Assembly (NCBI GenBank): GCA_963663225.1
Contig: OY760142.1
Coordinates: 2,496,001-2,560,000 of the forward strand
Direction: 5' to 3'
Length of the DNA: 64,000 nt
From: Nitrospirota bacterium
GTDB lineage: Bacteria > Nitrospirota > UBA9217
Part shown: positions 19,896 to 32,250 of the stretch, piece by piece
Numbering within the stretch: position 1 is the first letter of the stretch
Layout: each line of letters begins with the position of its first letter
Made by a program: the position numbers and the translations under genes
The notes under the pieces: model-generated
Database searches by the model: none
What the model was told of the DNA's origin: nothing
The model's input: the letters and a program-made list of their open reading frames with translations, nothing else

Positions 19896-21399
19896 GCGCA
19901 GCTCCGCGGGACAGAACATCACGGTCTTGCTGGACATGACTTTGTATGACGTGCAGGCCCGGTTCCGATATGTTCAAAACAGGTCTGGGGTAGAGGCCGA
20001 GCCAGAGGATTGCTGCGACCATGATTGTGAGTATTCCAGTTTCACGCATCGTAAGATCAGGGATTGAATTGATCTTTTGTTCACCGTGCAGGATGGACTG
20101 GACGATCCGGAGCGAGTAAATGACAGCAAGGACGAGTCCGAATGCCGCGATACCGGTGAGCAGCGGGTTCGCACGATAGGCGCCGACGAGTATCAGAAAT
20201 TCAGCCGTAAAATTGCCAAATCCCGGCAGACCGAGTGAAGCAAGCGCAAAAATAAGCATGATGCCGCTTAAGCGGGGAGCGGATTTCCAGAACCCTCCCA
20301 GAGGGGCAAGGTCACGGGTGTTAATGCGCTCCTGAATCAGGCCTGCCATGATAAAAAGCGCACTAACGCTGATGCCGTGCGCCACGATCTGGATGACGAC
20401 GCCGGACAGAGACGTCAGGTTCGCAGCAAAAATGCCCAGGAGTACAAAACCCATATGGGCAACGCTTGTGTAGGCCACGAGGCGCTTGAGGTCGGTTTGG
20501 GCAAATGCGAGCGCTGAGCCGTAGATGATGCTGATGACTGCGATGATCATCAGCCACGGGGCGATAAGCATGGCTGATTCAGGGAAAAAAGGAAGTACGA
20601 AACGGAGGAGACCATACGCTGCGGTTTTGGACAGAAGTCCGGCGAGGACCACACTGCCTGCCGTCGGCGCCTGCGTGTAGGCATCGGGGAGCCAGGGATG
20701 CAGCGGAAATGCCGGGAGCTTAACAGCAAACGCGGCAATAAATCCGAGCATAATCCAGAACGCTGCTTTCGGCGTCAGCGACGTTCCAAGGAGCAGAGAA
20801 TAGTCAAAAGTATACAGCCCGGTGTCGATTCCATGCATGAAGTAAAGGGAAAGAATAGATACAAGCATGAACAGTCCGCCAGCCTGCGTGAAGATGAAAA
20901 ATTTGAAAGCGGCTGGTACTCTGTTCTCATTGCCCCAGATGTTGATCAGAAAATACATCGGCACGAGCATGAGTTCCCAGAAAAAATAAAAAAGAAACAA
21001 GTCGAGCGCTGTAAACACGCCGATAATCCCGGAGAGTGTGCAGAGCAGGTTAACATGGAAAAAACCCGTACGGTCACGGATTTCATTCCGGGAGCAGAGG
21101 ACGGCGATGATGCCGAGAAGCAGAGTGAGCAGTATGAAAATGATGCTCAGGCCGTCAGCTGCCAGGTGCAAACTGATCCCGAATTGAGGGATCCAGGGAT
21201 AATGCAACTCCATCAACCATGCAGCCCCACGGTTCACGGAGGCCGTGACGGTCGACTGTGACCATCCATACGCCAGCAGTAGGGCGTCGACGGCAAGTGA
21301 ACCGACGGCTATCCAGCACGGGGCTCTGCGGTCCTGCTTTTCCAAAAGCCATCCGCTCAGTCCGCCGATCAGCGGTATGATGATCCAGAGGAGAATCAT
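19888..21399 (-). CDS. nuoM: NADH-quinone oxidoreductase subunit M
   Basis: FYFFWELMLVPMY, AFAVKLPAFPLHPWLPDA, KRLVAYTSVAHMG. Confidence 0.96.
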   Translation of the reverse strand: MILLWIIIPLIGGLSGWLLEKQDRRAPCWIAVGSLAVDALLLAYGWSQSTVTASVNRGAAWLMELHYPWIPQFGISLHLAADGLSIIFILLTLLLGIIAVLCSRNEIRDRTGFFHVNLLCTLSGIIGVFTALDLFLFYFFWELMLVPMYFLINIWGNENRVPAAFKFFIFTQAGGLFMLVSILSLYFMHGIDTGLYTFDYSLLLGTSLTPKAAFWIMLGFIAAFAVKLPAFPLHPWLPDAYTQAPTAGSVVLAGLLSKTAAYGLLRFVLPFFPESAMLIAPWLMIIAVISIIYGSALAFAQTDLKRLVAYTSVAHMGFVLLGIFAANLTSLSGVVIQIVAHGISVSALFIMAGLIQERINTRDLAPLGGFWKSAPRLSGIMLIFALASLGLPGFGNFTAEFLILVGAYRANPLLTGIAAFGLVLAVIYSLRIVQSILHGEQKINSIPDLTMRETGILTIMVAAILWLGLYPRPVLNISEPGLHVIQSHVQQDRDVLSRGAAHE

Positions 21400-21432
21400 A
21401 CGTGCATGCCTTTGTTTCTGTCCCTTCCTAAT

Positions 21433-23328
21433 TTATCTCAGGACTGCTGCTATTCCCAAGAACAACACTGCGCCTGTTGCCACGGCCATTGCGTACCATC
21501 GCAGACCGCCGGTTTGCGTTCTGGCAAGAAGTCCGTGCAGCATGGCATGAAGACTGATGATTCCGGTGCAGCAGGAATCGACGAAATCGTTTTTGTTGAT
21601 CCGGGTGACCCAGAGGAACGGCTTTACCACAAGTATTTCATAAAGAGCGTCAAACCCCCAACCGACCTGCCAGAATTTCGCCAGTGCACCGAACAGTCGT
21701 GTGTTGTTGACGGTGTCTGCATACCAGGGGCGAATGAGATAGAACAGTATGGCCGTACATATTCCCGCAAGAGAAACGAGCGAGGCGCCGAACAGGAGTA
21801 TTCCTTCTCCCCGTGGAGTGGTCTCCACAGCAGCAGCCCCGCCAAAAACAGGTCGCAAAAAATCCGAAAAAAATGTCATGTTTCCCATGACGGATGGCAC
21901 TTCAAGAAAACCGATTGTGATTGACAAGACCGCGAGAATGATCAGGGGAGTTCTCATGCACAGACCGGGCAGATGAGTAACTTCCTGTTTCGTTTCTCCG
22001 TAGAAAATTATAAAAACCATGCGGAATGCATAGAGAGAAGTAATAAAAGAGCCGATGATGCCCGCTGACCAGAGCCAGGTGCTCCCGAACGGTGAAGACC
22101 ATGCCTGCCAGAGAATCAGGTCCTTGCTGTAAAAACCGGAAGTCAGCAGAGGGAATGCCGAGAGCGATGCCGCGCCGATAAGGAAAATAAGGAAGGTGGT
22201 CGGAAGCAGTTTCCGTAATCCTCCCATGTTGAATATGTCATGTTCGTGGTTTTGGGCGAGGATGAGCACGCCGGCCGCAAGAAACAGGAGCGCTTTAAAA
22301 AATGCATGAGTCATGAAGTGAAACAGAGCGGCTGACCAGGCGCCTACTCCTAGTGCCAGAAACATATAGCCTATCTGGCTGATTGTGGAGTATGCAAGAA
22401 CGCGCTTGATGTCCTTTTGGACGAGTGCACTGCACCCCGCAATCAGGAGCGTTGCCGCGCCTATGATTGCAACGGCGGACAGCACCACCGGCGCCAGTTC
22501 GAACAAAACATGGGTGCGCGCGATCAGATACACGCCGGCGGTGACCATCGTCGCGGCATGAATCAAAGCGCTGACCGGAGTCGGGCCTGCCATGGCATCG
22601 GGCAGCCATGTCTGGAGGGGCAGTTGGGCGGATTTTCCGATCGCGCCTCCGAGCAGGAGCGCGGCCGCAAGAACGGCCGTTCCCGAGCCGGGGGGTAATT
22701 GTTTGGGGGCGGACTGCATCATATCCTGAATATGCAGTGTACCGAAATGGGTGAACAACAGAAAAATGCCGACCGCCATAGCCGTATCGCCAATGCGCGT
22801 CACGATGAACGCTTTCCGGGCGGCTGCACCATTGGCCGGGTCAGTGTACCAGAAGCCGATCAAAAGATAGCTGCAGAGTCCGACGCCTTCCCATCCGAGG
22901 TAGAGGAGAAGAAAATTGTCCGCAAGAACAAGGACGAGCATGGAGCCGATAAAAAGGTTCATGTATGCGAAATACCGGCTGTAGCCCTCTTCGTCCCGCA
23001 TGAATTCTGAGGAGTACAGATGGATTAAGAAACCGACAACAGATATCACGAGCACCATGACCAGTGAAAGAGGGTCGAGTGAAAAGGATATTGCAGGGGC
23101 GTATCCGTCAAATTGCATCCAGAGCCAGAGTGTCTGGGTAAACACATTGTTTTGCTGCGGAGTCAGGAGAAAACCGAGGCCAACGAGCGCAGAGACGACA
23201 GCGGACAGGCCGACAGATCCCACGCCGATGGACGCAATGGCGGTTTTCGTAAAGTGGCGGCCCCGCAGCGCCAGGATGAAAAAACCGGCAAACGGCAGTG
23301 CTGGTATCAGGTAAAGGAGATGCAGCAT
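21433..23328 (-). CDS. nuoL: NADH-quinone oxidoreductase subunit L
   Basis: GWEGVGLCSYLLIGFW, GKSAQLPLQTWLPDAMAGPTPVSALIHAATMV. Confidence 0.97.
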   Translation of the reverse strand: MLHLLYLIPALPFAGFFILALRGRHFTKTAIASIGVGSVGLSAVVSALVGLGFLLTPQQNNVFTQTLWLWMQFDGYAPAISFSLDPLSLVMVLVISVVGFLIHLYSSEFMRDEEGYSRYFAYMNLFIGSMLVLVLADNFLLLYLGWEGVGLCSYLLIGFWYTDPANGAAARKAFIVTRIGDTAMAVGIFLLFTHFGTLHIQDMMQSAPKQLPPGSGTAVLAAALLLGGAIGKSAQLPLQTWLPDAMAGPTPVSALIHAATMVTAGVYLIARTHVLFELAPVVLSAVAIIGAATLLIAGCSALVQKDIKRVLAYSTISQIGYMFLALGVGAWSAALFHFMTHAFFKALLFLAAGVLILAQNHEHDIFNMGGLRKLLPTTFLIFLIGAASLSAFPLLTSGFYSKDLILWQAWSSPFGSTWLWSAGIIGSFITSLYAFRMVFIIFYGETKQEVTHLPGLCMRTPLIILAVLSITIGFLEVPSVMGNMTFFSDFLRPVFGGAAAVETTPRGEGILLFGASLVSLAGICTAILFYLIRPWYADTVNNTRLFGALAKFWQVGWGFDALYEILVVKPFLWVTRINKNDFVDSCCTGIISLHAMLHGLLARTQTGGLRWYAMAVATGAVLFLGIAAVLR

Positions 23329-23347
23329 ATCGCCTCAGAAATATCCG

Positions 23348-23659
23348 TTATCCTTTCATCGTGCTTGCCGCGTCCACATCCAGAGTTTTGAAGCGCCGAT
23401 AGAGCTGGAGTACCAGCGCCAGGCCTACCGACACTTCAGCGGCAGCCAGCGTCAGAATGAAGATGAACATAACCTGGCCATCGGCCTGCCCCCACCGTGC
23501 TCCTGCAACAACGAATGCGAGTCCCGCAGCGTTCAGCATGATTTCAACGCTCATAAGCATGAAGATGATGTTGCGTCGTATCAGCACGCCTGTCAGGCCG
23601 AGTGCGAACAAAATTGCGGCAAGAACAAGGCCGTGCTCCATTGGGATATGAGCGATCAT
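23348..23659 (-). CDS. nuoK: NADH-quinone oxidoreductase subunit K
   Basis: [28 protein letters not shown]. Confidence 0.95.
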   Translation of the reverse strand: MIAHIPMEHGLVLAAILFALGLTGVLIRRNIIFMLMSVEIMLNAAGLAFVVAGARWGQADGQVMFIFILTLAAAEVSVGLALVLQLYRRFKTLDVDAASTMKG

Positions 23660-23757
23660 ATGCTTTTTTTGCTCCACATGTTGGGAATACCGCTGCACCC
23701 GGCTGCGCTTTGACGACGGTTCGGGCTGTTTAAGTCGTATGGTTACGACTGTTGCAT

Positions 23758-24249
23758 TTAGTGTTTGTCCGGTCTGCCCAGGTGATACGCGCCGACCAGT
23801 CCTGCCAATAACAGCAGTGATGCCAGTTCCACGCCGATGACATACGGGCCGAGCAGTGCTATTCCGATTTGTTTCGGCGTTATGAGTGTTGTAGCCAGAC
23901 GCTCCTTGCTTCCCATCAGGACGTAGAAAATTTCCATGAGAAGAAGAGCGGATAGAATTGAGGGCCCCGTCCATATCCGGACGGTCAGCCATTGAGATTC
24001 CTGGTGTGCGGATTCTCTGCCAAGATTCTGCATCATGATGACGAATACAAACAGCACCATGATGGCGCCCGCATAGATGAGTATTTCCAGCATGGCGACG
24101 AACGGGGCGCCTAGAGAGAAAAACACCAGTGCAACGGCCAGCAGCGATACGATCAGATACAGGAGGGCATGCACGGCGTTTTTCTTGCCGATGACCAGGA
24201 CCGTGGCAATGACCGCAACAGCGGCTGATATGTAAAAAAGATAATTCAT
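23758..24249 (-). CDS. nuoJ: NADH-quinone oxidoreductase subunit J
   Basis: [32 protein letters not shown]. Confidence 0.95.
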   Translation of the reverse strand: MNYLFYISAAVAVIATVLVIGKKNAVHALLYLIVSLLAVALVFFSLGAPFVAMLEILIYAGAIMVLFVFVIMMQNLGRESAHQESQWLTVRIWTGPSILSALLLMEIFYVLMGSKERLATTLITPKQIGIALLGPYVIGVELASLLLLAGLVGAYHLGRPDKH

Positions 24250-24269
24250 GCTGGTTCCTTCAGAACATT

Positions 24270-24785
24270 CTAGGGCAGCAGGTCCCTCACGTTTACGGGT
24301 TTGTCCTCGTTCTCCGCTTCGCCTTTATCCTTTCCTTTGACTGCCAATCCGGAAATCCGGTAAAAATTATAACCATGGTATTTGCCCGGACCGTTGATCA
24401 GCAGATGCTCCTTTTCATACACCAGGTTTTGGCGCTTATATTCACCCATTTCGAAGTCAGTGGTGAGCTGAATGGCATAGGTCGGGCACGCTTCTTCACA
24501 GTATCCACAGAAGATGCAGCGTGAAAAATTGATCCGGAAAAATTCAGGGTACCGTCTTCCGTGTTCATCTTCGGTCGCCTGCAGCGCTATGCAGCCGACC
24601 GGGCATGCCACGGCGCAGAGCGAACAGGCAACGCAGCGTTCCTCACCGTCCGGATCGCGTGAAAGGACAATGCGTCCGCGCCAGCGGGGAGGAAGGTACG
24701 GTTTTTCCTCCGGATATTGGATCGTCGCCCGCTTCCGGAACATGGTCTTGAAGACAGTCCAGATCGTTTTGAGTATGCTGAACAT
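24270..24785 (-). CDS. nuoI: NADH-quinone oxidoreductase subunit I
   Basis: Two CxxCxxCxxxCP motifs; TIQYPEE. Confidence 0.97.
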   Translation of the reverse strand: MFSILKTIWTVFKTMFRKRATIQYPEEKPYLPPRWRGRIVLSRDPDGEERCVACSLCAVACPVGCIALQATEDEHGRRYPEFFRINFSRCIFCGYCEEACPTYAIQLTTDFEMGEYKRQNLVYEKEHLLINGPGKYHGYNFYRISGLAVKGKDKGEAENEDKPVNVRDLLP

Positions 24786-24825
24786 GGTTGTTCCTTTTCG
24801 CTCTTCCCGGCCGTGGTTTGCACGG

Positions 24826-25779
24826 CTATTTTTTCAGTAAAATAAAAGCTCCTGTCGCCAGCAGATTAACCAAGGATACCGGCAGCATCACTTTCCAGCC
24901 GAATGACATAAGTTGGTCATATCGGGGACGGGGAAGCGACGCACGCAGCAAAATAAACAGACAGATAAACGCGAATGTTTTGATCGCAAACCATATGATG
25001 GGAGGAAGCAGGGGCCCCATCCATCCGCCGAAAAACAGGGTTACGGTGAGGGCCGAAATGAGCGTGATGCCGAGATATTCTCCCACAAAAAACATGCCGA
25101 ATTTCATGCCCGAGTATTCAGAATGGAATCCCGCCACCAGTTCGCTTTCCGCTTCCGGCAGATCAAACGGCAGCCGGTGGGTTTCCGCGATTCCCGCTAT
25201 GAAGAACACGATGAAACCGAGAAACTGGGGAACGATAAACCACAGATGCCGCTGAGCTTCAACAATCTCCCGCAAATTAAACGAACCTGCCTGCATCACG
25301 ACGCCCATGAGCGAGAGCCCCATGAATACTTCATAACTCAGCATCTGCGCCGAGGCCCGCAGACCTCCCAGAAGAGAATATTTGCTGTCGGAGGCCCAGC
25401 CGGCGAGCGCGACGCTGTATACGCCAAGCGATGACATTGCCAGAACAAACAACAGGCCTATATTCAGATTTACGACTTCCATCACGGGCGTGAAGGGAAT
25501 GACCGCAAAGGACATGAGCACAACGACCACAATAACGGCCGGTGCAATAATGAAGACGGGTTTGTCGGCGAAAGGCGGTATCCAGTCTTCTTTGGTAAAC
25601 ACCTTGATCATGTCTGCAAGGACCTGCAGAAGGCCGAGCGGGCCCACGCGGTTCGGTCCGTACCGATCCTGCCACAGCGCGAGAAGTCTGCGCTCCAGCC
25701 AGATTAGTCCTCCTCCTATTGTGAGAACTGCGAAGAGTATGGTGAAAAGGATGAGGAGATGTCGAACAGTATTGGTCAT
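24826..25779 (-). CDS. nuoH: NADH-quinone oxidoreductase subunit H
   Basis: [34 protein letters not shown]. Confidence 0.97.
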   Translation of the reverse strand: MTNTVRHLLILFTILFAVLTIGGGLIWLERRLLALWQDRYGPNRVGPLGLLQVLADMIKVFTKEDWIPPFADKPVFIIAPAVIVVVVLMSFAVIPFTPVMEVVNLNIGLLFVLAMSSLGVYSVALAGWASDSKYSLLGGLRASAQMLSYEVFMGLSLMGVVMQAGSFNLREIVEAQRHLWFIVPQFLGFIVFFIAGIAETHRLPFDLPEAESELVAGFHSEYSGMKFGMFFVGEYLGITLISALTVTLFFGGWMGPLLPPIIWFAIKTFAFICLFILLRASLPRPRYDQLMSFGWKVMLPVSLVNLLATGAFILLKK

Positions 25780-28487
25780 GGCTTTAATTTTTCTATGACG
25801 GCATATAAAGCGGCAGTCGTTTGAGCGGTTGCGTACAGCCTCGCGGGCACCCCGGCAGTTCCTGCCGGTACTGTGTCCGACAACGCAACGGTCAGTTGCA
25901 TCGGCGATCCTCCCATGATCAGTTCGACTGTTTCATCTTTTACAACGCCGATCCGTAAAGCATCGGCAGGGTTTAACAAACAGCACGGTGCAGCAGCACG
26001 CATCGCTATGTCCGGGGAGAGCATACTTAACTCTTCCGAACCGTAAATGTGTTGCAAAGGGAATACCAGCCATGCGTCTTGTTTCGATTTAAACGCATCC
26101 GGGACATTTTTGAAGTACGGTGCCGATTTACCGGCAGGTTCTATCAAACGCATGCCCGGATCGCCGCCGCAAAGCATACCACCGACTTCCTGCTGAAACT
26201 TGTTCAACGCCTGGACCGAATTCCAACCTGGAGACCAGTATCGGGAGATCAGCGAAGCCGGCGGCCTGCCGTCATATCCCTCCATGGAAAAGGAGAGCGG
26301 CGTATCAGGGTCTTCCGGAGGTTTTGGTTCATGCACATCTCTGTCCGCCATAATCGCGGTGCGCCCGCTGTAGCGATGAGGTTGGCGCGGTATTTTTGCC
26401 CCTGCTATCCGAAAATCAGCGGGAGGTGCAATGGCTCGCACCGGCGTTAATATCGGCACCACATCGGTCATATCGCGGACAATATTATCCAGCGTGGTCC
26501 AGGAAAGGCTTCCTAAACGCTCAGATGCCGTCAGTATATCACGAATCCACTTCCAGCTGTCCTGAATATTTTCGCTGGGTTTGAAAACCTGATAAAAGCG
26601 CTGTGCGCGGCCTTCATTATTTACAAATGTGCCGTCTGATTCCGCGCAGGTGGCTCCCGGCAACAGGACTTCAGCCTTGGATGTAGTCTGATTCAGAAAT
26701 CCATCGATAACAATGACGTGTTCGGTTCCGTCAAGAAAATCGGAAACAGCTTTTTTACCCGTTCTTTGATACAGGTCGTTTTCAAGAATGAAAACAGCGT
26801 CAATTTTATTGAAACGAGTGGCGCTTAATGCTTCTTCCAGACTTCTGTCGGCCAGCAAACATGCTCCCGTGCTGTTGCATTCGGGAAGCGTATAAAAAAG
26901 GTCAGCAGGTCTTCCTGTTTTACACAAAGCCCCCGCGATGTTTGCGGCCGCCTGTATTATTTCTTCATTATCGAGGCTTGTACCCGAAATAATGAGCGGT
27001 TTCCGGGCCTGTTTAAGCGTTTCCGCTATTTCTTTTGCAAGAGCGAGTACATCGCCCTGCAGTCCGGATACGGAAGGGCTGCCGGCATCCAGTTCATGCG
27101 CAACGGCAAATCCAAGGCGCGCAATATCATCCGGAGCGGCATGGAGTGTTTTTGCTGCAAGATCATCAAGCTTGGTGACGGTTGCCGTTGCGAGATAGAG
27201 CGGTCCCGTTTCGTCCTGCATGACGGTGCGGAGAGCGCCGTCATCCCAAGAGGGGATGTGCAGAGTGTTAAGGGATGCTTTTGGTTTGTTTCGTGCGGCC
27301 TGTCGTATCGCCAGATCAAGCAGGGGGGCTGAATTCGTAACGTCTTCTCCGAGGACAAGCACAGCGTCCGCTGTTTCTATTTCGTGCAGAGACGGCGACC
27401 GCGCCGATCCTTTCTGGAGGATATCAATAATCAAGGATACCAGGCGATGCTCCCGTTTTGCCATTCCCGAATAAAAATTATTTTTCCCGACAAGCGACAA
27501 GAGCGCGAAGTTTGATTCGAGTGATGCGCGGGGCGACCCTATGCCGATGATGTTTTTGCTCCTGGACAGGACATCACCAATATGGTCGAGCGCGGTTTTT
27601 TTGTCGACGGGTTGCGCCCCTTGTCCACCGGCGGCATACAATGGAGTGCGGACGCGATGAACGCTGTTTACGAATTCATACCCGAACCGCCCCCGGTCGC
27701 AGAGAAAGTATCCGTTAACCGCATGATTATACCGATTCAGAATTCTGCGGAGAGTCCCGTACCGCTCCCCGGGCATTGTGTTGCAGCCGAGGCCGCAGTG
27801 GACGCAAACAGAGGGGGCGGTCTGCAAATCCCATTTGCGCGCGTAGTGGCGTTTAAGGGTCTTGTCGGTAAACACCCCGGTGGGACAGATTTCAACCAGA
27901 TTACCGCTGAATTCACTTTCGAGTGCGCCGTCTTCATGCCGTCCGAAATAGACGGAGTCATGCGATGAAAGAGCGGTGAGGTCCCGGCCGCCGGCATGGT
28001 CGCGGTAGAATCGGACGCACCGGTAGCAGGCTATGCAACGGTTCATTTCATGGTTCACAAATGGGCCAAGGTCCTGGTTTCGGTGCGTTCGCTTCCTGAA
28101 CCGTGTTCTCCGATAGGTATGGCCGGTCATGACCGTCATGTCCTGAAGATGGCATTCGCCACCTTCATCACACACGGGACAGTCGTGCGGATGGTTGAGC
28201 ATGAACCATTCTATGACGGAGCTTCGGAATTTTTTTGCTTCAGGGTCATCAATGGAAATACGCATGCCCCCGGTGACCGGCGTCATGCAGGACATGACAA
28301 TTTTGCCGCGGGTGTCTTTTTCATCTTTGAAGAGTTTCACCGCACATTGACGACAGGCGCCCACGGAGTGCAAGGCAGGATGCCAGCAGAAGTAGGGAAG
28401 GTTGAATCCGAGCGTGAGACAGGCGTTCAGAAGGTTCTGGTCTTCCCTGACCTGGTAAGGTTTGTTATGGATAAAAATAGTGATCAT
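25776..28487 (-). CDS. nuoG: NADH-quinone oxidoreductase subunit G (long form)
   Basis: FCWHP...[32 protein letters not shown]7-type CVHCGLGC; 903 aa. Confidence 0.96.
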   Translation of the reverse strand: MITIFIHNKPYQVREDQNLLNACLTLGFNLPYFCWHPALHSVGACRQCAVKLFKDEKDTRGKIVMSCMTPVTGGMRISIDDPEAKKFRSSVIEWFMLNHPHDCPVCDEGGECHLQDMTVMTGHTYRRTRFRKRTHRNQDLGPFVNHEMNRCIACYRCVRFYRDHAGGRDLTALSSHDSVYFGRHEDGALESEFSGNLVEICPTGVFTDKTLKRHYARKWDLQTAPSVCVHCGLGCNTMPGERYGTLRRILNRYNHAVNGYFLCDRGRFGYEFVNSVHRVRTPLYAAGGQGAQPVDKKTALDHIGDVLSRSKNIIGIGSPRASLESNFALLSLVGKNNFYSGMAKREHRLVSLIIDILQKGSARSPSLHEIETADAVLVLGEDVTNSAPLLDLAIRQAARNKPKASLNTLHIPSWDDGALRTVMQDETGPLYLATATVTKLDDLAAKTLHAAPDDIARLGFAVAHELDAGSPSVSGLQGDVLALAKEIAETLKQARKPLIISGTSLDNEEIIQAAANIAGALCKTGRPADLFYTLPECNSTGACLLADRSLEEALSATRFNKIDAVFILENDLYQRTGKKAVSDFLDGTEHVIVIDGFLNQTTSKAEVLLPGATCAESDGTFVNNEGRAQRFYQVFKPSENIQDSWKWIRDILTASERLGSLSWTTLDNIVRDMTDVVPILTPVRAIAPPADFRIAGAKIPRQPHRYSGRTAIMADRDVHEPKPPEDPDTPLSFSMEGYDGRPPASLISRYWSPGWNSVQALNKFQQEVGGMLCGGDPGMRLIEPAGKSAPYFKNVPDAFKSKQDAWLVFPLQHIYGSEELSMLSPDIAMRAAAPCCLLNPADALRIGVVKDETVELIMGGSPMQLTVALSDTVPAGTAGVPARLYATAQTTAALYAVIEKLKP

Positions 28488-28504
28488 GTTGGTTCAATAA
28501 TGCA

Positions 28505-29776
28505 TTATTTCCAGGGACATCCTCGTTCGTGTATATGCCGCTCGAAGTCTTCCCGAAAGTATTGCAATGCGCTTTGCAGCGGTTCAACCGCGCCGGGCGC
28601 CAGTGCACAGAAGGTATTTCCCGGCCCAAGCAAGGTGCAGTGCTCAGCAAGCATTTCCATATCAGCAGCCCTGCCCGTGCCTTCTTCGAAAGATTCCAGT
28701 ATTTTTTTGAACAGCGGCAGCCCTTCGCGGCACGGCGTGCACCAGCCGCATGATTCTCGGGCAAAAAAGCTGATCAGGTTGTGCGTGAATCCGACTGGAC
28801 AGGTTTTGTCATCAAGGATGACCATGGTTCCTGTGCCGAGCCGGCTTCCTGCTTTCATGACGGAGTCGAAGTTCATCATTATGTCGAGATGTTCGCTGGT
28901 AAGAAAATTGGTTGAAGCGCCGCCGGGAAGCAGCCCCCGGAGGGCATGGCCGTCCTGCATGCCGCCTGCATGATCTTCCAGAATTTCGCGGATCGTTGTG
29001 CCCATGGGCAGCTCCCACAGGCCGGGCCTTTTTACTCTGCCGCTTGCTCCGAACAATTTTGTCCCGCTGTCAGGACTTTTGCTCAGTGACTTGAACCAGT
29101 CGACTCCGTTTTTGAGAATGTGCGGTATGCAGGAAACGGTTTCCACGTTATTCACGATTGTCGGTTTGCCGAAAAGGCCGGCGACCTGCGGAAAGGGCGG
29201 TTTTGCGCGGGGTGTGGCGCGTCTTCCTTCCAACGCATTTAAAAGTCCGGTTTCTTCACCGCAAATATATCGTCCTGCGCTGGCGTGAATGCGCATATCA
29301 AGGCTGTAGCCGGAACCGAAGATGCTCTCGCCGAGATACTTACGGGCATATGCTTCGGCGACGGATTTTTGCAGCAGCCGAATTGCACGCTTGTATTCCC
29401 ACCGAACAAAAATGATTACTTGAGAGGCTTCAATGGCATAGGCGCTCGCAATGGCACCCTCAATAACCTGATGGGGATTGCCTTCGAGCAGGAACCGGTC
29501 TTTAAACGTGCCTGGCTCCATTTCGTCTGCATTCACGACAAGGTATTTGGGACGCCGTGCCTCCGGTCCCATCGGAACAAAACTCCATTTCTGTCCGGTG
29601 GGAAAGCCTGCCCCGCCCCGTCCTCGCAGGTTTGACGCTTTCACAACGGCCTGGACTTCCTGTGGAGTCATCGTGAGCGCTTTTCGAGCAGCCTGGTATC
29701 CGCCTGTTGATTCGTATTCCCGAAGCGAGAGCGGTACAGCGTCAGGCCGAATATGTTCTGTGAGCGGTCGTTCCAT
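28505..29776 (-). CDS. nuoF: NADH-quinone oxidoreductase subunit F
   Basis: GRGGAGFPTG, NADEMEPGT, YICGEET, ESCGWCTPCREG. Confidence 0.97.
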   Translation of the reverse strand: MERPLTEHIRPDAVPLSLREYESTGGYQAARKALTMTPQEVQAVVKASNLRGRGGAGFPTGQKWSFVPMGPEARRPKYLVVNADEMEPGTFKDRFLLEGNPHQVIEGAIASAYAIEASQVIIFVRWEYKRAIRLLQKSVAEAYARKYLGESIFGSGYSLDMRIHASAGRYICGEETGLLNALEGRRATPRAKPPFPQVAGLFGKPTIVNNVETVSCIPHILKNGVDWFKSLSKSPDSGTKLFGASGRVKRPGLWELPMGTTIREILEDHAGGMQDGHALRGLLPGGASTNFLTSEHLDIMMNFDSVMKAGSRLGTGTMVILDDKTCPVGFTHNLISFFARESCGWCTPCREGLPLFKKILESFEEGTGRAADMEMLAEHCTLLGPGNTFCALAPGAVEPLQSALQYFREDFERHIHERGCPWK

Positions 29777-29846
29777 AATGGTATGCAGCGCAAAAAACGG
29801 CGTAGAATCGTGACGGATTTTAGTGAGCGCAGTTCAAATCCGCCCG

Positions 29847-30362
29847 TTATTCATAGGTCGACAATATTGCTTCAATCATTGCCGGCGTTACCGGGCCGTA
29901 CAAATCGTCATCAATCATCATTGCCGGTGCGCGGTCGCACGCTCCCAAACAGGCGACCGGAAGGAGCGTGAACTGTTTGTTTGGCGTCGTTTCCCCAAGG
30001 CCGATGCCGATCTTTTCTTTTATTGAGTCCAGAAGAGGATTATATCCCATGATCCAGCAACTGACGCTGTCGCAGATGAGGATTACGTGTTTGCCCACGG
30101 GTTTTCTGAAAATGAAATTGTAAAATGTAGCCACTGAATCGAGTTCATGTGTCGTCATGTCAAGCATCACGGCAACATCTTTAATCGATTCATCAGACAC
30201 CCATCCCCGATGACGCTGTACAATGCTCAGCGCTTCAAGGGAAGCCGATGCCTTTGTCGGCAGGTGTTGCAACTCCGTTATAATTTCCTGTTTTTCCTGT
30301 TTACTCAACATGGTTATCTCTGTCTTGCTGGAAAGACGGTGACTCGGAGACGTATCGTTCAA
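29847..30362 (-). CDS. nuoE: NADH-quinone oxidoreductase subunit E (start may be 30311)
   Basis: VATFY, CDSVSC, CLGACDRAP. Confidence 0.95.
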   Translation of the reverse strand: MNDTSPSHRLSSKTEITMLSKQEKQEIITELQHLPTKASASLEALSIVQRHRGWVSDESIKDVAVMLDMTTHELDSVATFYNFIFRKPVGKHVILICDSVSCWIMGYNPLLDSIKEKIGIGLGETTPNKQFTLLPVACLGACDRAPAMMIDDDLYGPVTPAMIEAILSTYE

Positions 30363-30365
30363 ATG

Positions 30366-32114
30366 TTATCTGTCTATGTCCGCCAGGATGAAATCGATGC
30401 TTCCCAAAATTGCCATGAGGTCGGCAATCATCCGTCCTTTGCTCATTTTCGGCACCATCTGCATATGCGCAAACGAGGGGGTGCGGATGCGTGTCCGGTA
30501 GGAGGTTGTGCTCCCATCGCTGATCAAATAATAGCCGTTGCTGCCTTTGGTCGCTTCTATTCCGAAAAAGGATTCTCCCGGAGGTATGACCGGTCCCCAG
30601 CTTACGCTCAAAAAATGGTTGATGAGGGTTTCGATATCATGCATGGTGCGCTCTTTCGAAGGCGGTGTTGTCAGCGGGTGATCTGATTTGTAAGGCCCTG
30701 CCGGCATATTGTTCACGCATTGCTCTACAATGCGCAGGCTTTGGCGTATTTCTTCAATTCGCACGACGGCCCGGTCATAGCAGTCTCCGTGGACCGCCGT
30801 CGGAACGTCAAATGCAAACTGGTCATAACCTGAATATGGGCGTTTCTTTCGGAAGTCCCAGTCGAATCCGCAGGCACGGAGCCCCGGACCGGTTACACCC
30901 CATTCTATGGCGTCTGCGGCGGTGTATGTGCCCACGCCGATGGTGCGCGCCTTGAATATTCTGTTCTGCATGACGATTGCATCGTATTCTTTCAAACGGG
31001 GTGGCAGGTATTTGAGGAAAGACTTTATACTGACGTCCCAGTTTTTGGGGAGATCATGTGCCACGCCGCCGATTCTGAACCATGCCGGGTGCATGCGGCC
31101 GCCGCAGATGGCTTCTATAATGTCAAAGATGCGTTCTCGGTCTGTGAACATGTAGAAAACAGGTGAAAGTGAACCTACATCCTGGGCAAAGGTGCCGTAC
31201 CACACAAGGTGATTGGCAATGCGGAAAAGTTCGGACAGCATCACGCGAATGACCTTTACCCGATCGGGCACCTTGATGCCGGCAAGCTTTTCCACGGCAA
31301 GGCAGTAGACGAGGTTGTTCATGACGCCGCCGAAGTAATCAATACGGTCGGTGTAGGGTATGAAAGTGTGCCAGGACTGGCGTTCGGCCATTTTTTCCGC
31401 GCCGCGATGGTGGTAGCCGATATCGGGCACCATGTTCATGATTTCCTCGCCGTCAAGCTGGAGTATCAGGCGGAGAAGTCCGTGGGTTCCGGGATGCTGG
31501 GGCCCGACGTTCAAAAACAGAAAATCCGTACCATCCGTTCCGTGTTGCATGCCCCAATCTTCAGGCTTAAACTGAAGGGCGGTCTGTTCCGCCAGTTCCT
31601 TTTCGTCAGGCAGACGAAAAGGTTCCATTTCCGTGGCGCGCGCAGGGTGGTCCTTGCAAAGAGGATGGCCCTGCCAGGTCGGGGGCATCAGTATTCTTTT
31701 GAGGCCCGGATGGCCTTCAAACCTGATCCCGAACATGTCCCAGACTTCCCGTTCGTACCAGTCCGCTGATTCCCACAGGCCGGTGATCGAGGGGAGGGAA
31801 CAGGAGTCGCGTGTAAGAGGAACCTTGATCCTGATGTCTTCATTTCTATCATACGAGAGGAGGTGATACACGACGGTAAAATCGCCTGGAGGCTGGCCGG
31901 GCCGGTTTAAACGCATTCGTTCGTCAATAGCCGTGAGGTCATACAACGTTCGATAGGGATTTTCTATGACTGTTTTAAGATGACGAAGCACAGCTGCCGC
32001 CGAGTCTCGATTGACCCAGAGTGTGGGAATTGCGTCTTCTGTTTCCTGCACGGCCAGCAGGGACTGGCTGAAGGCAGATTTCAAATCGTGGATAATGGAG
32101 GAATTTGCAGGCAT
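30366..32114 (-). CDS. nuoC: Fused NADH-quinone oxidoreductase subunit C/D
   Basis: NuoC motif [11 protein letters not shown] plus NuoD motifs [18 protein letters not shown] and terminal ADIDR in one ORF. Confidence 0.96.
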   Translation of the reverse strand: MPANSSIIHDLKSAFSQSLLAVQETEDAIPTLWVNRDSAAAVLRHLKTVIENPYRTLYDLTAIDERMRLNRPGQPPGDFTVVYHLLSYDRNEDIRIKVPLTRDSCSLPSITGLWESADWYEREVWDMFGIRFEGHPGLKRILMPPTWQGHPLCKDHPARATEMEPFRLPDEKELAEQTALQFKPEDWGMQHGTDGTDFLFLNVGPQHPGTHGLLRLILQLDGEEIMNMVPDIGYHHRGAEKMAERQSWHTFIPYTDRIDYFGGVMNNLVYCLAVEKLAGIKVPDRVKVIRVMLSELFRIANHLVWYGTFAQDVGSLSPVFYMFTDRERIFDIIEAICGGRMHPAWFRIGGVAHDLPKNWDVSIKSFLKYLPPRLKEYDAIVMQNRIFKARTIGVGTYTAADAIEWGVTGPGLRACGFDWDFRKKRPYSGYDQFAFDVPTAVHGDCYDRAVVRIEEIRQSLRIVEQCVNNMPAGPYKSDHPLTTPPSKERTMHDIETLINHFLSVSWGPVIPPGESFFGIEATKGSNGYYLISDGSTTSYRTRIRTPSFAHMQMVPKMSKGRMIADLMAILGSIDFILADIDR

Positions 32115-32250
32115 AAGAATTTCAGAAAACGCCGCAGAAATTATAGTAAAGGCTGCTGCTCTTTTCAACGGAAATCAGGAAAGCCTTCGGTTCCGGGCAT
32201 TTCTGTTCTTAATAGCTATTACGTCCTTTGCATGGCAGTAATCGTCTTTG

